From Malacoraja senta (Eukaryota): a stretch of DNA of 64,000 nucleotides. Position 1 is the stretch's first letter; every line of letters starts with the position of its first letter. The position numbers and the translations under genes were made by a program. The notes beneath the pieces were generated by a model. It was given only the letters and a program-made list of their open reading frames with translations, did no database searches and was not told the DNA's origin. This document shows, piece by piece, positions 44,421 through 56,859 of this stretch. The stretch spans positions 8,558,001 through 8,622,000 of the forward strand of contig CM075997.1 of NCBI GenBank assembly GCA_038087875.1, given 5' to 3'.

Positions 44421-45399
44421 ATTTCAGTTAGATAAAATTGCAGACTTGATTTTTAAAACCTCAAAATTTTGCAACATTGCTAGAAAATGTACCTGCATCT
44501 TGGAGGCCGAAGGTTAGGTTGTTAGCCAAGAAAGATAGACTTTGTTATCCCTCAGTACAGCAACATCAAGAACGATGTTGCTGTACTGAGGTATAGCCAA
44601 GTCTATCCCTCATTGCTAGCAGCTGATGGGAAGCGGCTGTAAAGTGGGGAGCGGCTGAAAAAGGACAGCGCTGCTGGGGGGGGGGAGTTCCTTTCACAGC
44701 GTGTGGGTAGTCTGTCCAGGGGTAAAGTTGCGGGGAGGGCAGGAGGGTTGAGAAGCAGGGGGTCGGCCGGGGATCATCCAGCTCAAGAGTGGGTCAGCGG
44801 GCGATGGATAACAGGACAGCGGGCGGTGGAGCTTACTCCATATGTCAGTGCGAGTAACCTCAATTGATCCCTTGTTCGCGCTGACACAAGAGTAAGCTCC
44901 ACCGCCCGCTGTGATGTTATCCATCACCCGCTGACCCACTCCGCTCTATGATCTTTGCTCTTGAGCTGGTCCCCTCACTGTTCAGATGGAGAGCACTGCC
45001 AGAGGTGAGCGGGCCGGCAGAAGGCGCTGAGATGGCTGTCGGTTCCACTGTCCGGAGATGGAGGCCACTCGTAGCCACGCGAGCTGCTTCCCTCCCCGGC
45101 CACAATGCGGTAGCTCCACGCCCGGAGCGCCGCAGCAGCGGTGAGTGAGTGTTACTGGCATGAACCCGATCCTCTCCTTCTCAATGCTTCTTCCCTCCTC
45201 GCAACTTTACCCCTGGCTAGACTCCCCACACGCTGTGAAAGGAACTCTCCCTCGAATTGTCATGTTACTCACGACACGCGACTCATTTATAATTATTTAT
45301 TTATATTTCTACGGGGGGGGTGGGGAATTCCAATTGGGCCCCGCACCTCCTAAGGCCAGCCCTGTTTGGGACACAGCAATGTCATTTAAATGAAAGTAG

Positions 45400-46036
45400 T
45401 CATGTTTTGTATTTTGTTACATATCCTTTGCATGCAATGACTGCTTGAAGTCTGCGATTCATGGACATCACCAATTGCTGGGTGCCTTCTCTGGTGATGC
45501 TCTGCCAGGCCTGTATTGCAGCCATCTTTAGCTTATGCTTGTTTTGGGGGCTAGTCCCCTTCTGTTTTCTCTTCAGCATATAAAAGGCATGCTCAATTGG
45601 GTTCTGATCGGGTGATTGACTTGGCCACTCTAGAAATGAACATGTTTTAGCTTTGAAAAACTCCTTTGTTGCTTTAGCAGTATGTTTGGGGTCATTGTCT
45701 TGAACCGCCAGCCAGTGGTTTGCATCTTGCAGTGTAGCCTCTGAATTTCTGTTCATGAAGTCTTGTGCAGAGAGTGGTCATTGAAAAATTCATACCTGGC
45801 TCCTCAAGAGTGTTTCTGATCTGTCGGACAGGTATTTGGGGATTTTTCTTTATTATAGAATTCTTCTGTCATCAGCTGTGGAGGTCTTCCTTGGCCTGCC
45901 AGCCCCTTTGCGATTAGTAAGCTCATCAGTGCTCTCTTTCTTCCTAATGATGTTCCAAACAGTTGCTTTGGTAAGCCTAAGGTTTGGCTGATATCTCTAA
46001 CAGTTTAATTCTTGTTTTTCAGTCTCATAATGGCTT
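45400..46036 (-). pseudogene. Tc1 DDE transposase remnant
   Basis: QDNDPKHT, LEWPSQSPDQNPIEH and W..I..LVMSMNRRLQAVIACKGYVTKY; internally deleted. Confidence 0.92.
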
Positions 46037-46955
46037 CAGACTCCAGTATGAAAAGACTGGACCATTTCCCACCCCAACCAACACTTCACACCCACTCACA
46101 GCCTGACCTCAGTCTGCAAAGACTGTGCCTGACCATGTTTCCTCCTCTACTCTTAAGCTCTGTGCCAAACAGCTATACATACATTTTTACCCAGTCCCTG
46201 CAAACATGTACTGTCCCTGCCTGCTTCAAAGTCTCCACTATTGTCCCTGTACCCAAAAAGGATTACTTGTCTTAATGACTACAGGCCTGTCGCACTGACC
46301 TCTGCAGTCATGAAGACACTCGAAAGGCTTGTGCTGGCCAAGCTGAAAAATATCACAAACTCCCTGCTGGACCCTTGGCAGTTTGCATATCGGGCCAATA
46401 GATCTGTGGATGATGCAGTCAATCTGGGCCTGCACTTCATCCTCCAGCACCTAGACCGCCAGGGGACCTATGTGAGGATTTTGTTTGTTGATTTTAGCTC
46501 TGCATTCAACACCATTGTGCCAGAGCTACTACACACCAAACTTTCCGAGTTGACTGTGCCTGAACCCCTCTGTCGGTGGATCACCAACTTCCTGACAGAC
46601 AGGAAGCAGCAAGTGAGGCTGGGAAAGCACATCTTGGACCCGCAAACACTCAGCATAGGAGCACCGCAAGGCTGCGTACTCTCTCCTCTCCTCTACTCTC
46701 TTTACACCAACGACTGCACCTCCACAGACACCTCTGTCAAGCTTCTCAAGTTTGCGGACGACACAACCCTGATTGGACTGATCCAGGATGGGGAGGAATC
46801 TGCCTACAGACAGGAAGTGTCACAGCTGGCATCCTGGTGCCGTAGCAACAACCTAGAGCTTAATGCTCTTAAGACAGTGGAATTGATTGTAGACTTTAGG
46901 AAAGCTTCCCCTCCCCTTACCCCACTTACCATCAACAACACTACAGTCACATCTG
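46037..46955 (+). mobile_element. Rex1/Babar LINE RT fragment inside the Tc1 element
   Basis: LNDYRPVALTS, QFAYRANRSVDDA, LFVDFSSAFNTI, GAPQGCVLSPLLYSLYTNDC, KFADDT and KTVELIVDFRK. Confidence 0.94.
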
Positions 46956-48546
46956 TAGGTGCTGAGAGCTCTCTTATACCCGCATTAGGGAGGCAATTAA
47001 ACACACCTGAGCAATTACAAACGCCTGTGAAGCCATGTGTCCCAAACATTATGGTGCCCTGAAATGGGGCGGGAACTATCTATAAACACCGCTATAATTT
47101 CTACATGGTGAAACCAAAATGTATAAAAATACCCTTTAATAAAATCTGACAATGTGCACCACATGTCAGATTTTATTAACATTGACCACATGTGATTTTA
47201 ACATTAACCACATGTGATTTTAACATTAACCACATGTGATTATTTCTATGACAAATCTCAAATTGTGGAGCACAGAGGCAAATAAATAAATGATGGGTCT
47301 TTGCTCCAAACATTATGGAGGGCACTGTACATCATGCAAAAAATCTTGCTGCAGGAAAGCCCGATTCAGTTGCATGCTGTTTTGATGATTTAATATTAGT
47401 GTGACAGTACACTTGGCAAGTTCAACTGGCCCACACTGAGCCTATCTTTCACATTTTTTGTTGCAGTGGTTAGTTGTAATGGATAATAGAATGCACCAGC
47501 TTTAGAGAAGCAGGTTAACAAAAAATACCACTCAGCGGAGCTTCAGAGACACAGCCAGTATTGTACTTCAAATGCCGGCAGTCCCAAAGATCTGAACAAT
47601 AGTCCTGTTTGAAGCAGAAATGTAAATATTCCTTTTATTTTGTTAGCACATTCACATATTTGAACATGAGCATGTCGGTACAAAAACATCCAAATGTGCC
47701 CAGTGGCCAGGTGAAATCTCCCAGAAACATCACAGTAGATGCTGTATGTAGTTTCTATTAATCCAAGTATTGGTGAGCTTGACATTCCAGAGCACAAACA
47801 ACACAAATGCTCCTCGTGCAGCCTGTCTGTTTTCCAGCCACTGTAACTTCAAAGTGCACTTTGTGATCAATGCTTTGGCTTCATTCTTTTACATCTTTTG
47901 GTATTGTCCTCGAACCTAAACTCTGGAGATGTTTCTGGAGATGTTTTTTTACATGTTTTATTACTAAAGGGACCTTCCCCTCCCCCCCAATTTGTGTTCA
48001 GTTCCACACATGTAACTGGATGGGTTTCAAGTGTCAATGGCAGGCAGGGAATATTGGAAGTGAAATCTCAAACTTGATGTGTTGTGAAAAAAGAGAAGTC
48101 AGCCCACAGCCTGCTGCTAATGTTTGAAATGCACTCATTCCAGGTGTTAATGGCTGTCTGCCTGTTCCTTGCATTAAGATGCCATGGCTTCAATTTTTTG
48201 TCATCTGCTTCACGGAAAACCAAGTAACTACTATTGAACGGGGACACAAAGTATCCATTTGTATCACCACATCAGGAAGTGAAAAAAATATTTCACCCTG
48301 CTGGCACATTTATGTTCTTTCTTCATTTTACTTTGGTACTAGATTCCTCCAGTATCAATCATGTTGCAATATTATTAGATTGGAGCCATATTGTCATAAA
48401 GGGTAAATTAAATGTGAAATATTGAAATTTAACAATTACAATATTTTTGCATACCTAGCTGTTTATAAAGTCTTAAAATAGAATTTTAAAGATGCACTGT
48501 TTGTGCTTCTATGACTGACTTTTCATCAATTTTATGCACATGCATA

Positions 48547-49520
48547 ATAATAATAATAATAAATTGTATTTATGGGCGCCTTATACCAAAGTCTCAAGGA
48601 CACCTTACAGAGTTTAACAAGTAAGAAACATATAATCGGAGTAAAATAAGTTATAAAGACATCACCAATACACAAATTAAAGACAGAATTCGATCCAAAG
48701 GCACACAAAAAAAAATCAGAAACACAATGTGAAGAGAGAGTAGCGGCAGCTAAACCGCGCCAGCGTCCACTCTCCCTTCCGACCGCCATCTTGGACACAG
48801 ACTAAAATAGACACTACATACAAAAATCATCCCCCCACAATGGTTACCACTGTGGGGGAAGGCACAATGTCCAGTCCCCATCCCCAGTTCTCCCACAGTC
48901 AGGCCTATCGAGGCCTCCGCTATTGCCTCTACGGAGGCCCAATGTTCCTGGCCGTTCTCGCCAGGTGCTGTTGCCCCGGCATCAGGAGAGTTCTCTCAGC
49001 GGCTGGGCCACCTGGAACGGCTGCTTCCATTGCCGTAGACCGCAGCTTCCAAAGCCGACAAGGCCGCGCCGGTTTGGAGCTCCCAGGTTCCCGATGTTGA
49101 AGTCGGCGCCGCCCGCTCCGCTCCGCAGGCCCGGAGGTGTTGAGCTCGGCGGTCATAGCTCACCGGAGCTCCAGCGCGTCGATCCAGCGCGGCGACCCAG
49201 GCAAGGCATCGCCCGCTCCGCTCCGCGATAGCGCTCCAGCGCTGTGCCGCCACCGAAGCTGAAGGTGCTGGCCGGTCCCCGCCAGGAAACAGCACTCCAC
49301 ACCCGCTGGTAGGCCACGAGGATGGGTCGATGGGGCAGCCCGGAGAAAAAGCTGCCTCACCGACCAGGTAGGGATCTAGAAATAAGGTTATCCCCTTGCC
49401 CCTACATTAAAAGTCTAGTTCTCCTACAGACAGCACACAAGACTAACTAAAACTACAAAAAAAAGTGAATTCGACGGACGGCTGCTGATTAGCAGCCGTT
49501 CACCAAGATGGCTCCTCCTC
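48547..49520 (-). mobile_element. Complete non-coding retroposon with a YY1-motif head and an L2-type tail
   Basis: 8-bp TSD CATGCATA (48539-48546 and 49521-49528); starts GAGGAGGAGCCATCTTGG; ends GTAAGGTGTCCTTGAG..AAGGCGCCCATAAAT..(TTA)n. Confidence 0.8.
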
Positions 49521-49571
49521 CATGCATACTGTGCAGGTTTTCACAAAATCAATATTAATTTATATATTTGT

Positions 49572-49785
49572 TTTATTTTTTTTTTTTATTTTATTTTATT
49601 TTTTTTTATTTTTTAGAAGTACGGTAGATTACAGTAATGTACAACACGTATATATTAATACATTTTTTGTACCGCTTCACTTTTTTAAACTTTAAGAAAG
49701 AAAAAGAAAGAAGTAAGAAAAGTGAAGAAAGTGCGCAAAGGTTGTGAAGTGCAAAAGAGTGTTGGGAAGAGAAAGCCCCTTAGAA
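49572..49785 (-). mobile_element. 5'-truncated L1 (3' UTR only), same family as 9205-15519
   Basis: Colinear with 9255-9422; 15-bp TSD AATTTATATATTTGT at 49557-49571 and 49786-49800. Confidence 0.92.
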
Positions 49786-49930
49786 AATTTATATATTTGT
49801 AGCGCTTAGCTTGATGGCCATACAGGTGCAATGCTCCAGCAATTACTCACAAAACTTCTACTTTCCTCTTCCATTTCATGTGCTTTGGTCACCTGCCCTA
49901 TTATTCCGAGCTCTGTACATTTTTTCATCG

Positions 49931-50525
49931 GATGAATGAATGAATAACTTTATTGGCCAAGTATATTCACATACAAGGAATTTGCCTTGGTGCTCCACCC
50001 GCAAATGACAACATGACATACAGTGACAGTTAGGAATGACACATAAAACATTAAACATAGATAATAAAACATTATCGGTTAAACATGTGAATTAAATAAA
50101 ATTCCTGGGCAAAAGGAGGCTGCAGAATTTTGGTTATTGAGTAGAGCAATAAAAGCTGTTTTTATGTCTGGCTGTGGCAGCTTTGACAGTCTGAAGTCGC
50201 CTTCCAGAGGGAAGTGATTCAAAGAGTTTGTGGCCAGGGTGAGAAGGGTCAGAGATGATCTTACCCGCTCGCTTCCTGGCCCTTGCAGTGTACAGTTCGT
50301 CAATGGAGGGGATGTTGCAGACAACAACCTTCTCAGCTGATCGGGCGATACGCTGCAGTCTCTGCTTGGTGCCTGAGCCAAAACAGACCATGAGGCAGAA
50401 CGTGATGACAGACTCTACGATGGCCGTATAGAATTGGACCATCATTGCCTGTGGCAGATTGTGCTTCCTCAGCTGCCACAGGAAGTACATCCTCTGTTGT
50501 GCCTTTTTGAATGTGGAGTCGATGA
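49931..50525 (-). mobile_element. Rex1/Babar LINE 3' fragment
   Basis: MYFLWQLRKHNLP..FYTAIVESVITF..DPSHPGHKLFESLPSGRRL..RHKNSF; tail AATAAA..(TTCA)n. Confidence 0.92.
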
Positions 50526-50834
50526 TCTAATAAGACACTTCACAAGAGTTATAGGAAGTTTTACTATGTTGCAATTGCTGTATAAATGTAAGTTGTGGTT
50601 GGTATCGTGAATAGAAAAATGACATTTGCAAAATGGTTAATATTGTGCACTTTCTCAGGCTAAATCTTAAGGCAACGATTTGTCATGATATAAATTGTAT
50701 GCCAAATCACATGATGGAAATATCCAGAATTAATACTACATTGCTCTTTAAATCTATGTCAAAATATTGCAGTAGATCCCATGGGATGTTACTCATGTGG
50801 TTCAGGGAATGGAATTCAGAGTTGTCAATCGGTG

Positions 50835-51040
50835 GTATTCTCTGCCTCAGAAGGCAGAGGTGGCTAATTCTCTGGATGCTTTCAAGAGAGAGTTAGATAG
50901 AGCTCTTAAAGATAGCGGACTCAAGGGATATGGGGAGAAAGCAGGAAAGGGGTACTGATTGTGGATGATCAGCCACAAGCACGGAGAATGGCGGTGCTGG
51001 CTCGAAGGGCTGAATGGCCTACTCCTGCACCTATTGTCGA
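50835..51040 (+). mobile_element. CR1 family-B 3' tail fragment
   Basis: Colinear with 37910-38110 and 27170-27365. Confidence 0.88.
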
Positions 51041-51354
51041 TATTAGCATTACTTATAATATTTACTTTCTTCATGAGGCTCTTGAGCACCATATTTGTCA
51101 ATGCATTGGACAGAGGATCAATAGGGAGCAACAAAGAGAGGTTCATGGAGGAAATGCCACTATTTGAGGCATATGCATCTTGGATAAGGGCACCAAGCTA
51201 ACCACTGCATGTATGCAAGTGAGAGCTGACAATCCGGGACAGTTCAAGAAAGGGATGGAGGCATTGTAGTGTAAGGACTGACTGTTGGTATTTCTTGGGG
51301 TGTATTTGCCTGCTTTAAACCAGTTTATTCAAGGTACATTATTTTGCTGTCTTA

Positions 51355-54295
51355 CATAGAAACATAGAAAATAGCAGGAGGCCATTCGGCCCTTCAAGCC
51401 ATTCATTGTGATCATGGCTGATCGTCCCCTATCAATAACCCGTGCCTGCCTTCTCCCCATATCCCTTGACTCCGTTAGCCCCTGGAGCTCTATCTAACTC
51501 TCTCTTAAATCCATCCAGTGACTTGGCCTCCACTGCCCTCTGTGGCAGGGAATTCCATAAATTCACAACTCTCTGGGTGAAAAAGTTTTTTCTCACCTCA
51601 GTCTTAAATGACCTCCCCTTTATTCTAAGTCTGTGGCCCCTGGTTCTGGACTCGCTCAAAATTGGGAACATTTTTCCTGCATCTAGCTTGTCCAGTCCTT
51701 TTATAATTTTATATGTTTCTATAAGAATCCCCCTCATCCTTCTAAACTCCAGTGAATACAAGCCTAGTCTTTTCAATCTTTCCTCATATGACAGTCCCGC
51801 CATCCCAGGGATCAATCTCGTGAACCTACGCTGCACTGCCTCAATCACAAGGATGTCCTTCCTCAAATTAGGAGACCAAAACTGTACACAATACTCAAGA
51901 TGTGGTCTCACCAGAGCCCTATACAACTGCAGAAGAACCTCTTTACTCCTATACTGAAATCCTCTTGTTATGAAGGCCAACATTCCATTAGCTTTCTTCA
52001 CTGCCTGCTGTACCTGCACGCCAACTTTCAGTGACCGGCTTACTTTTTGGAATGAATTGTTCCTGCATCTTCCGGATTATGCCCAGAAATTCCTGCCATT
52101 GCTGTTACACTGTTCCACCGTCATTCCTGCTAGGATCCCTTTGCAGTCTTCCCTCTCATGCCTTCATAGTCCCCTTTGTTCAACTGCATCACTGACACTT
52201 CCGATTTAACGTTCTCCTTCTCAAATTGCAGATTAAAACTAATCATATTATGATCATTACCTCCAAGTGGTTCCATTACCTCGAGTTCTCTTATTATATC
52301 TGGTTCATTGGACAACACTAAATCCAGAATTGCCTTTTCTCTGGTTGGCTCCATTACAAGCTGCTCTAAGAATCCATCTCGGAGGCATTCCACAAACTCT
52401 CTTTCTTGGGGTCCTGAACCAACCTGATTTTCCAAGTCTACCTGCATATTGAAATCCCCCATCACCACAGTGGCATTACCTTCGTTACATGCCAGTTTTA
52501 ACTCCTGCTGCAACGTACACCATACATCCGGGCTACTATTTGCGGGTCTGTAGATAACACCAATTAGTGTCTTCTTGCCTTTACAATTCCTCAACTCAAT
52601 CCACAGTGACTCTACCTCGTCAGTCCCTATGTCTTTCCTCACAAGGGACTGAATTTCATCCCTCACCAGCAGAGCTACCCGCCCTCCTCTGCCCACCTGC
52701 CTGTCATTTCTATAGGATGTATAACCCTGAATATTAAGTTCTCGGGCCCGATCCTCCTGCAGCCACGTCTCGGTAATCCCCACAATGTCATATCTACCAA
52801 CCTCTAACTGAGCCTCAAGCTCATCTACTTTACTTCTTATACTTCGTGCATTCATATACAATACTTTTAATTCCTTACGCATCTCACCTTTCACATCGAT
52901 CCAGATTACACTTGGCCATACTCTCCTATCCCTTTGTGAGCTTCCTTTCCCGCTAATTCTGGGGTCATTAATTATCCCTTTACTCTCTTTCCCTTTAACT
53001 CCATCCTCGACTATCCCATTTGACACCCCAACCCCCTTATTCAATTTAAAACCACCCGTGTAGCAGTGGCAAACCTGCCTGCCAGAATGCTGGTCCCCCA
53101 CCTGTTCAGATGCAATCCATCCCTTTTGTACGGTTCCCCCTTACTCCAAAACAGATCGCAGTAATTTAAGAATCTAAATCCCTGCCCCCTGCACCAGTTC
53201 CTCAGCCACACATTCATACATTCGTATCTCCCTGTTCCTGCTCTCGCCAACACAAGGAACTGGAAGCAAACCGGAGATAACAACCCTGGAAGTTCTGCTT
53301 TTCAGCATTTTCCCGAGCTCTCTAAAGTCACGCTGCAGGATATTCATCCCCTTCTTTTCGACATCATTTGTGCCGTCATGCACTACCACTTCCGGCTGTT
53401 CACCTTCGCCCTTGAGGATTTTCTGCAGTCTGTCCGTGACATCCTGGATCCTGGCACCAGGAAGGCAGTCCACCATCCTCCAATCCCGTCTGTTCCTGCA
53501 GAAACCCCTGTCCTTACCTCTCACAATGGAGTCTCCAACTACAATGGCATTGCCTGACGTTGGCCTCTTTGGTTTTGGCTCAACAGTCCTTTGTGCTTCG
53601 CAAGGCAGTCCGCCGCTCAGTGTGATAACGTCTTCTGTCCCGACAGCTTCTAAGTGGGTGAACCTGTTCACAAGTGGTACAACACCCGGGGACCTTTGCA
53701 TTTCATGTTTCCCTCCCTTTCTCACCGTCACCCACCTTCTCTCTTCCAGTACCTTTGGTGTAACTATCTTACTGTAGGACTAGTCGAGGAACGACTCAGT
53801 TTCTTGAACGAACCTGAGGTCATCCACTTGTTTCTCCAGTTCCCCAACACGGTCCTTCAGGAGCTGTACCTGGATGCACTTCTCACATTTGTAGCAGCCA
53901 GAGGCACCAGCAGTGTCCTTGACCTCCCACATACTGCAAGCATCACACTGAAACAGCTTGCCTGACATCTTCTTTCGTCTCTCCCTCTCCAGCGTTTTGC
54001 GTAGCCTCCTCTCCTCAGCCTCCTCGCCGAAGACTCTCGAGCCAAAGACTCGCACTTTTCTCACAGGGCACTTCCCTCCCAAGGCCGCTCCCTCACTGCT
54101 GTTCCCTCAGAGCCGCCCTGCTTATATGGACTGATAAATTGCCTAATTTACCAATTTACAAACCAAATTTCTCAGTTTTAAACCGTTTTCCCCCTCTGAC
54201 TCACTTCTAACTCTACTCCCACTCGGGCTAGAGCCAATCAGTGTTTTCTCCTGCTTCTCTTTGTTGCTGTTGCTTCAAAATCCATGGGAGCTCTG
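51355..54295 (-). mobile_element. CR1 LINE (family A) with 5' UTR and an internal deletion of RT
   Basis: 5' UTR 53970-54295; ORF1 CDACSMW..CYKCEKC, coiled coil and esterase; APE 52130-52860; jumps at about 52037 to the ORF2 C-terminus; (CATAGAAA)n tail. Confidence 0.94.
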
Positions 54296-55369
54296 AGTTA
54301 ATTTCTAATCAGGGGATAATTATATAATTTAAGCACGTTTTGTTTATTATCATTTTTGCATCTGTTTAGGTGTATTTAGCTTTAGTTTGAGCTTGATGAC
54401 ACTCGCAACCCCAGTCTCAGGGCATTTACTCAATGTTACTGATGTATTTCCCTCATTTAGCCCCTTTTGGGATATTTACAAAGGTTATCATCAGTGCACA
54501 TATGTTGGTAGAGGCTTGCTCCAGTTCAGGTGAATTTACAAAATTTAGCCCCATTCCAAGACTTTGATTTCCTGAGCCTGGGTCTAAACATATTTCCCCA
54601 ATTTGGCTGCAGACTGGTTGGCATTATCCAGCTTGACATGGAATTGGGATTATTAGCGCAGTGTTTCCTTGCACAGGGGTTTTATGTTGGTAAGAATACT
54701 GGGCATGTGAAGGAGTATAAGGACGTAAATGTATGTGATGCTGTCAATGAAGAAGGGTGTCAGCATGGCTTCAACTGATAATCTTCCAGGGATGTTTAGA
54801 CAGAAGTAGAGAGGTGGAAACCTTTTTTAATGTGTGTGACTTGGAGAATATTTTACGTGTAAATTATGAGGTCATATTTTAAATGCACAAACTATAGTTG
54901 CAACTGGAAATAGGTTTTCAATATTTCTCAGCTGTTGAATGAATGGTGAGATTCAATGGTGAACACTCAGTACAGAATAAAGACATGGTCTCCAGCATTT
55001 TTTTTACAACGACGAACTCACTGTACGCCTCTCAATGAAGTATGTTGGTAGAATAATGACTGATGTAAGGTAGCAGACAATTTGCTCACAGCAAGGTTCC
55101 GCAGACAACATTCCCGGATTAATCAGACATTTTCCAATTCAAATTTGCTGAGGGATAAGTCCTGGTTAGGGCAGCGACTGCAATTCTCCACAAGGTTTGC
55201 AATGAAACTTGGAGAGGATTTCTGTGGGGGAATGATGTGCCAGTTCTGTCTGATTTTCCACTGAATATTTGACGGAAGCCTTGTAGAAGTTTCAAATTCT
55301 TCTGTGTGAGACATGTGTAATACTGGTTGTGATCGATGAAAGCGTGTGAGTCACAGTGAAAAGTTGACA

Positions 55370-56020
55370 CAGGAACTGCAGATGCTGGAGTCTGGAGCAA
55401 AGTACCCAAAGTGCTGGAATAACCCAGCAGGTCAGGCAGGCAACACATCTGGAGAACACGATAAGCAATGTTTTGGGTCGGCACTGATTCTGGTCGGGGA
55501 GGGGGGTGAAGCTAGAGGAGAGATGAGGGGCTGGACAAAGCCAAACCAGTGACGGGTGGATACATGTGAGTGAGGTTAATTGGCAGATGGGTGGACAAAG
55601 TTCAGAGGTGAAGAGGAGAGAAAAGGCCGTGAGAAAAGGATAGAGTGATGTGAATTGGAGGCGAGAGGAAGGGATGTGGGTGGAAAGGGAGGAGTTAGAT
55701 AGTGTGAGAAATGTGCTGCACATCATGCTGGGGCACAGGGAGAAGGAGGAGGAGGGGGAGTAGGGGGGGGGAAAGGAAGGAAAGGGAGGGGGATGTGGGT
55801 ATGTTGGTCAGTTACCTAATATTAGACAATTCAATGTTATACCATTGGTTTATAAGTGACCAATGCAGAATCTGAGGTGGATGTTCTTTCAGATTGCATG
55901 TGGCCTCACTCTAGCAATGGAGAAGGCCCAGGAACAGAGAGATCAGTGAGGGAAAGGTAGTTACAATGGTTTGCAACCGGGCGATCCAGCGGGCCTCGGC
56001 AGACCAAGCAGAGGTGTCAC
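55370..56020 (-). mobile_element. Old Penelope-like remnant
   Basis: Degenerate terminal repeat (GAACTGCAGATGCTGG..CCCAGCAGGTCAGGCAG) and a decayed reverse complement of the GIY-YIG C-terminus at 55810-55955, similar to 37620-37758. Confidence 0.7.
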
Positions 56021-56859
56021 AGTGAGGCCAGTTCACTGAATGGATTCTCAAAGCTTTGCTTCTGCTGTTCAACCACATTCCTCTTCTCCATTCCCAGTCC
56101 CCCCACACACAGCGGGTTGCTGTGTGGACATTAGCCCTATTTAGAACTCGTCTTCGATGTACAGAAATAAACTGCATTGGTGCAGCTATATCAGCAAGGT
56201 TTGTTACACATACTATGGAACGTGATCAAACCAATCTGAATTTTATTTTGTACAAATAATTGTTATGTTGTCACTCGGATGTTGTCCTAGTTACCACCTG
56301 TATTTCTAGTCATTAAAGAATATTAAGTCTCTGTGTCAAATGTGTTGAGAAAATATATCAGAAGATATAAAAAACAAAGAACTTGTTTCATTGTTCCTGA
56401 ACTGCTCAATAATTAGACTTGTAGGACAGAACCAGTGCAAGTAAAAGAACTGTTTGAATGTGGCAGAATGGCACGATGGATTCATGATCACACGTGTATT
56501 CAGCATCGGTATGACATTGGTGTTTAAATGGGAGTAGCCTTGCTGGAACGCTTGATTGTAATCTAACAGAGGTAAGGATAATATTCATAAAACAGGCCAG
56601 ACTCTTTAAATTGTTTACGTAGGAGCGACGGGCACAAAAAAGGGAACAGACCAAATCGCTCTGAAAATTCCAAGGAGTTTATTGAAATGTGGAAAGATTC
56701 TTTCTAGGATTGAAAATAAAAGGCTCTGGAAGTAATCTCAGCTGCATCTCACTTTGAGATTAAGCATTGAGGCCCAATAAATCATCCCTTCTGGTGTAGG
56801 GCCCCCACACCTTTCCCTGCCTCTCTCTCACTCCTTCCATCCATCCATATATCCATCCA

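Larger units (their letters stand above)
39133..45364. mobile_element. hAT-type non-autonomous DNA transposon nested in the Tc1 TIR
   Basis: 8-bp TSD TTTGGGAC (39125-39132 and 45365-45372); TIR CAGGGCCGGCCCTAGG / CCTAAGGCCAGCCCTG (14/16); subterminal AATTGGGCCCCGC at both ends. Confidence 0.88.
38763..47327 (-). mobile_element. Tc1-family (IR/DR type) DNA transposon inflated by nested insertions
   Basis: TA-flanked long TIRs CAGTGCCCTCCATAATGTTTGG..CCAAACATTATGGAGGGCACTG; inner direct repeats CCATAATGTTTGGGAC; transposase remnant on the minus strand. Confidence 0.88.

Noticed and set aside
47155..47242. 22-bp tandem repeat ATTAACCACATGTGATTTTAAC
   Set aside because: A local slippage duplication within the Tc1 right TIR, absent from the left TIR.
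47440..47720. Possible host exons (acceptor-like sites at about 47466 and 47646)
   Set aside because: Short, with weak donors and no recognisable protein similarity; cannot be supported without RNA data.
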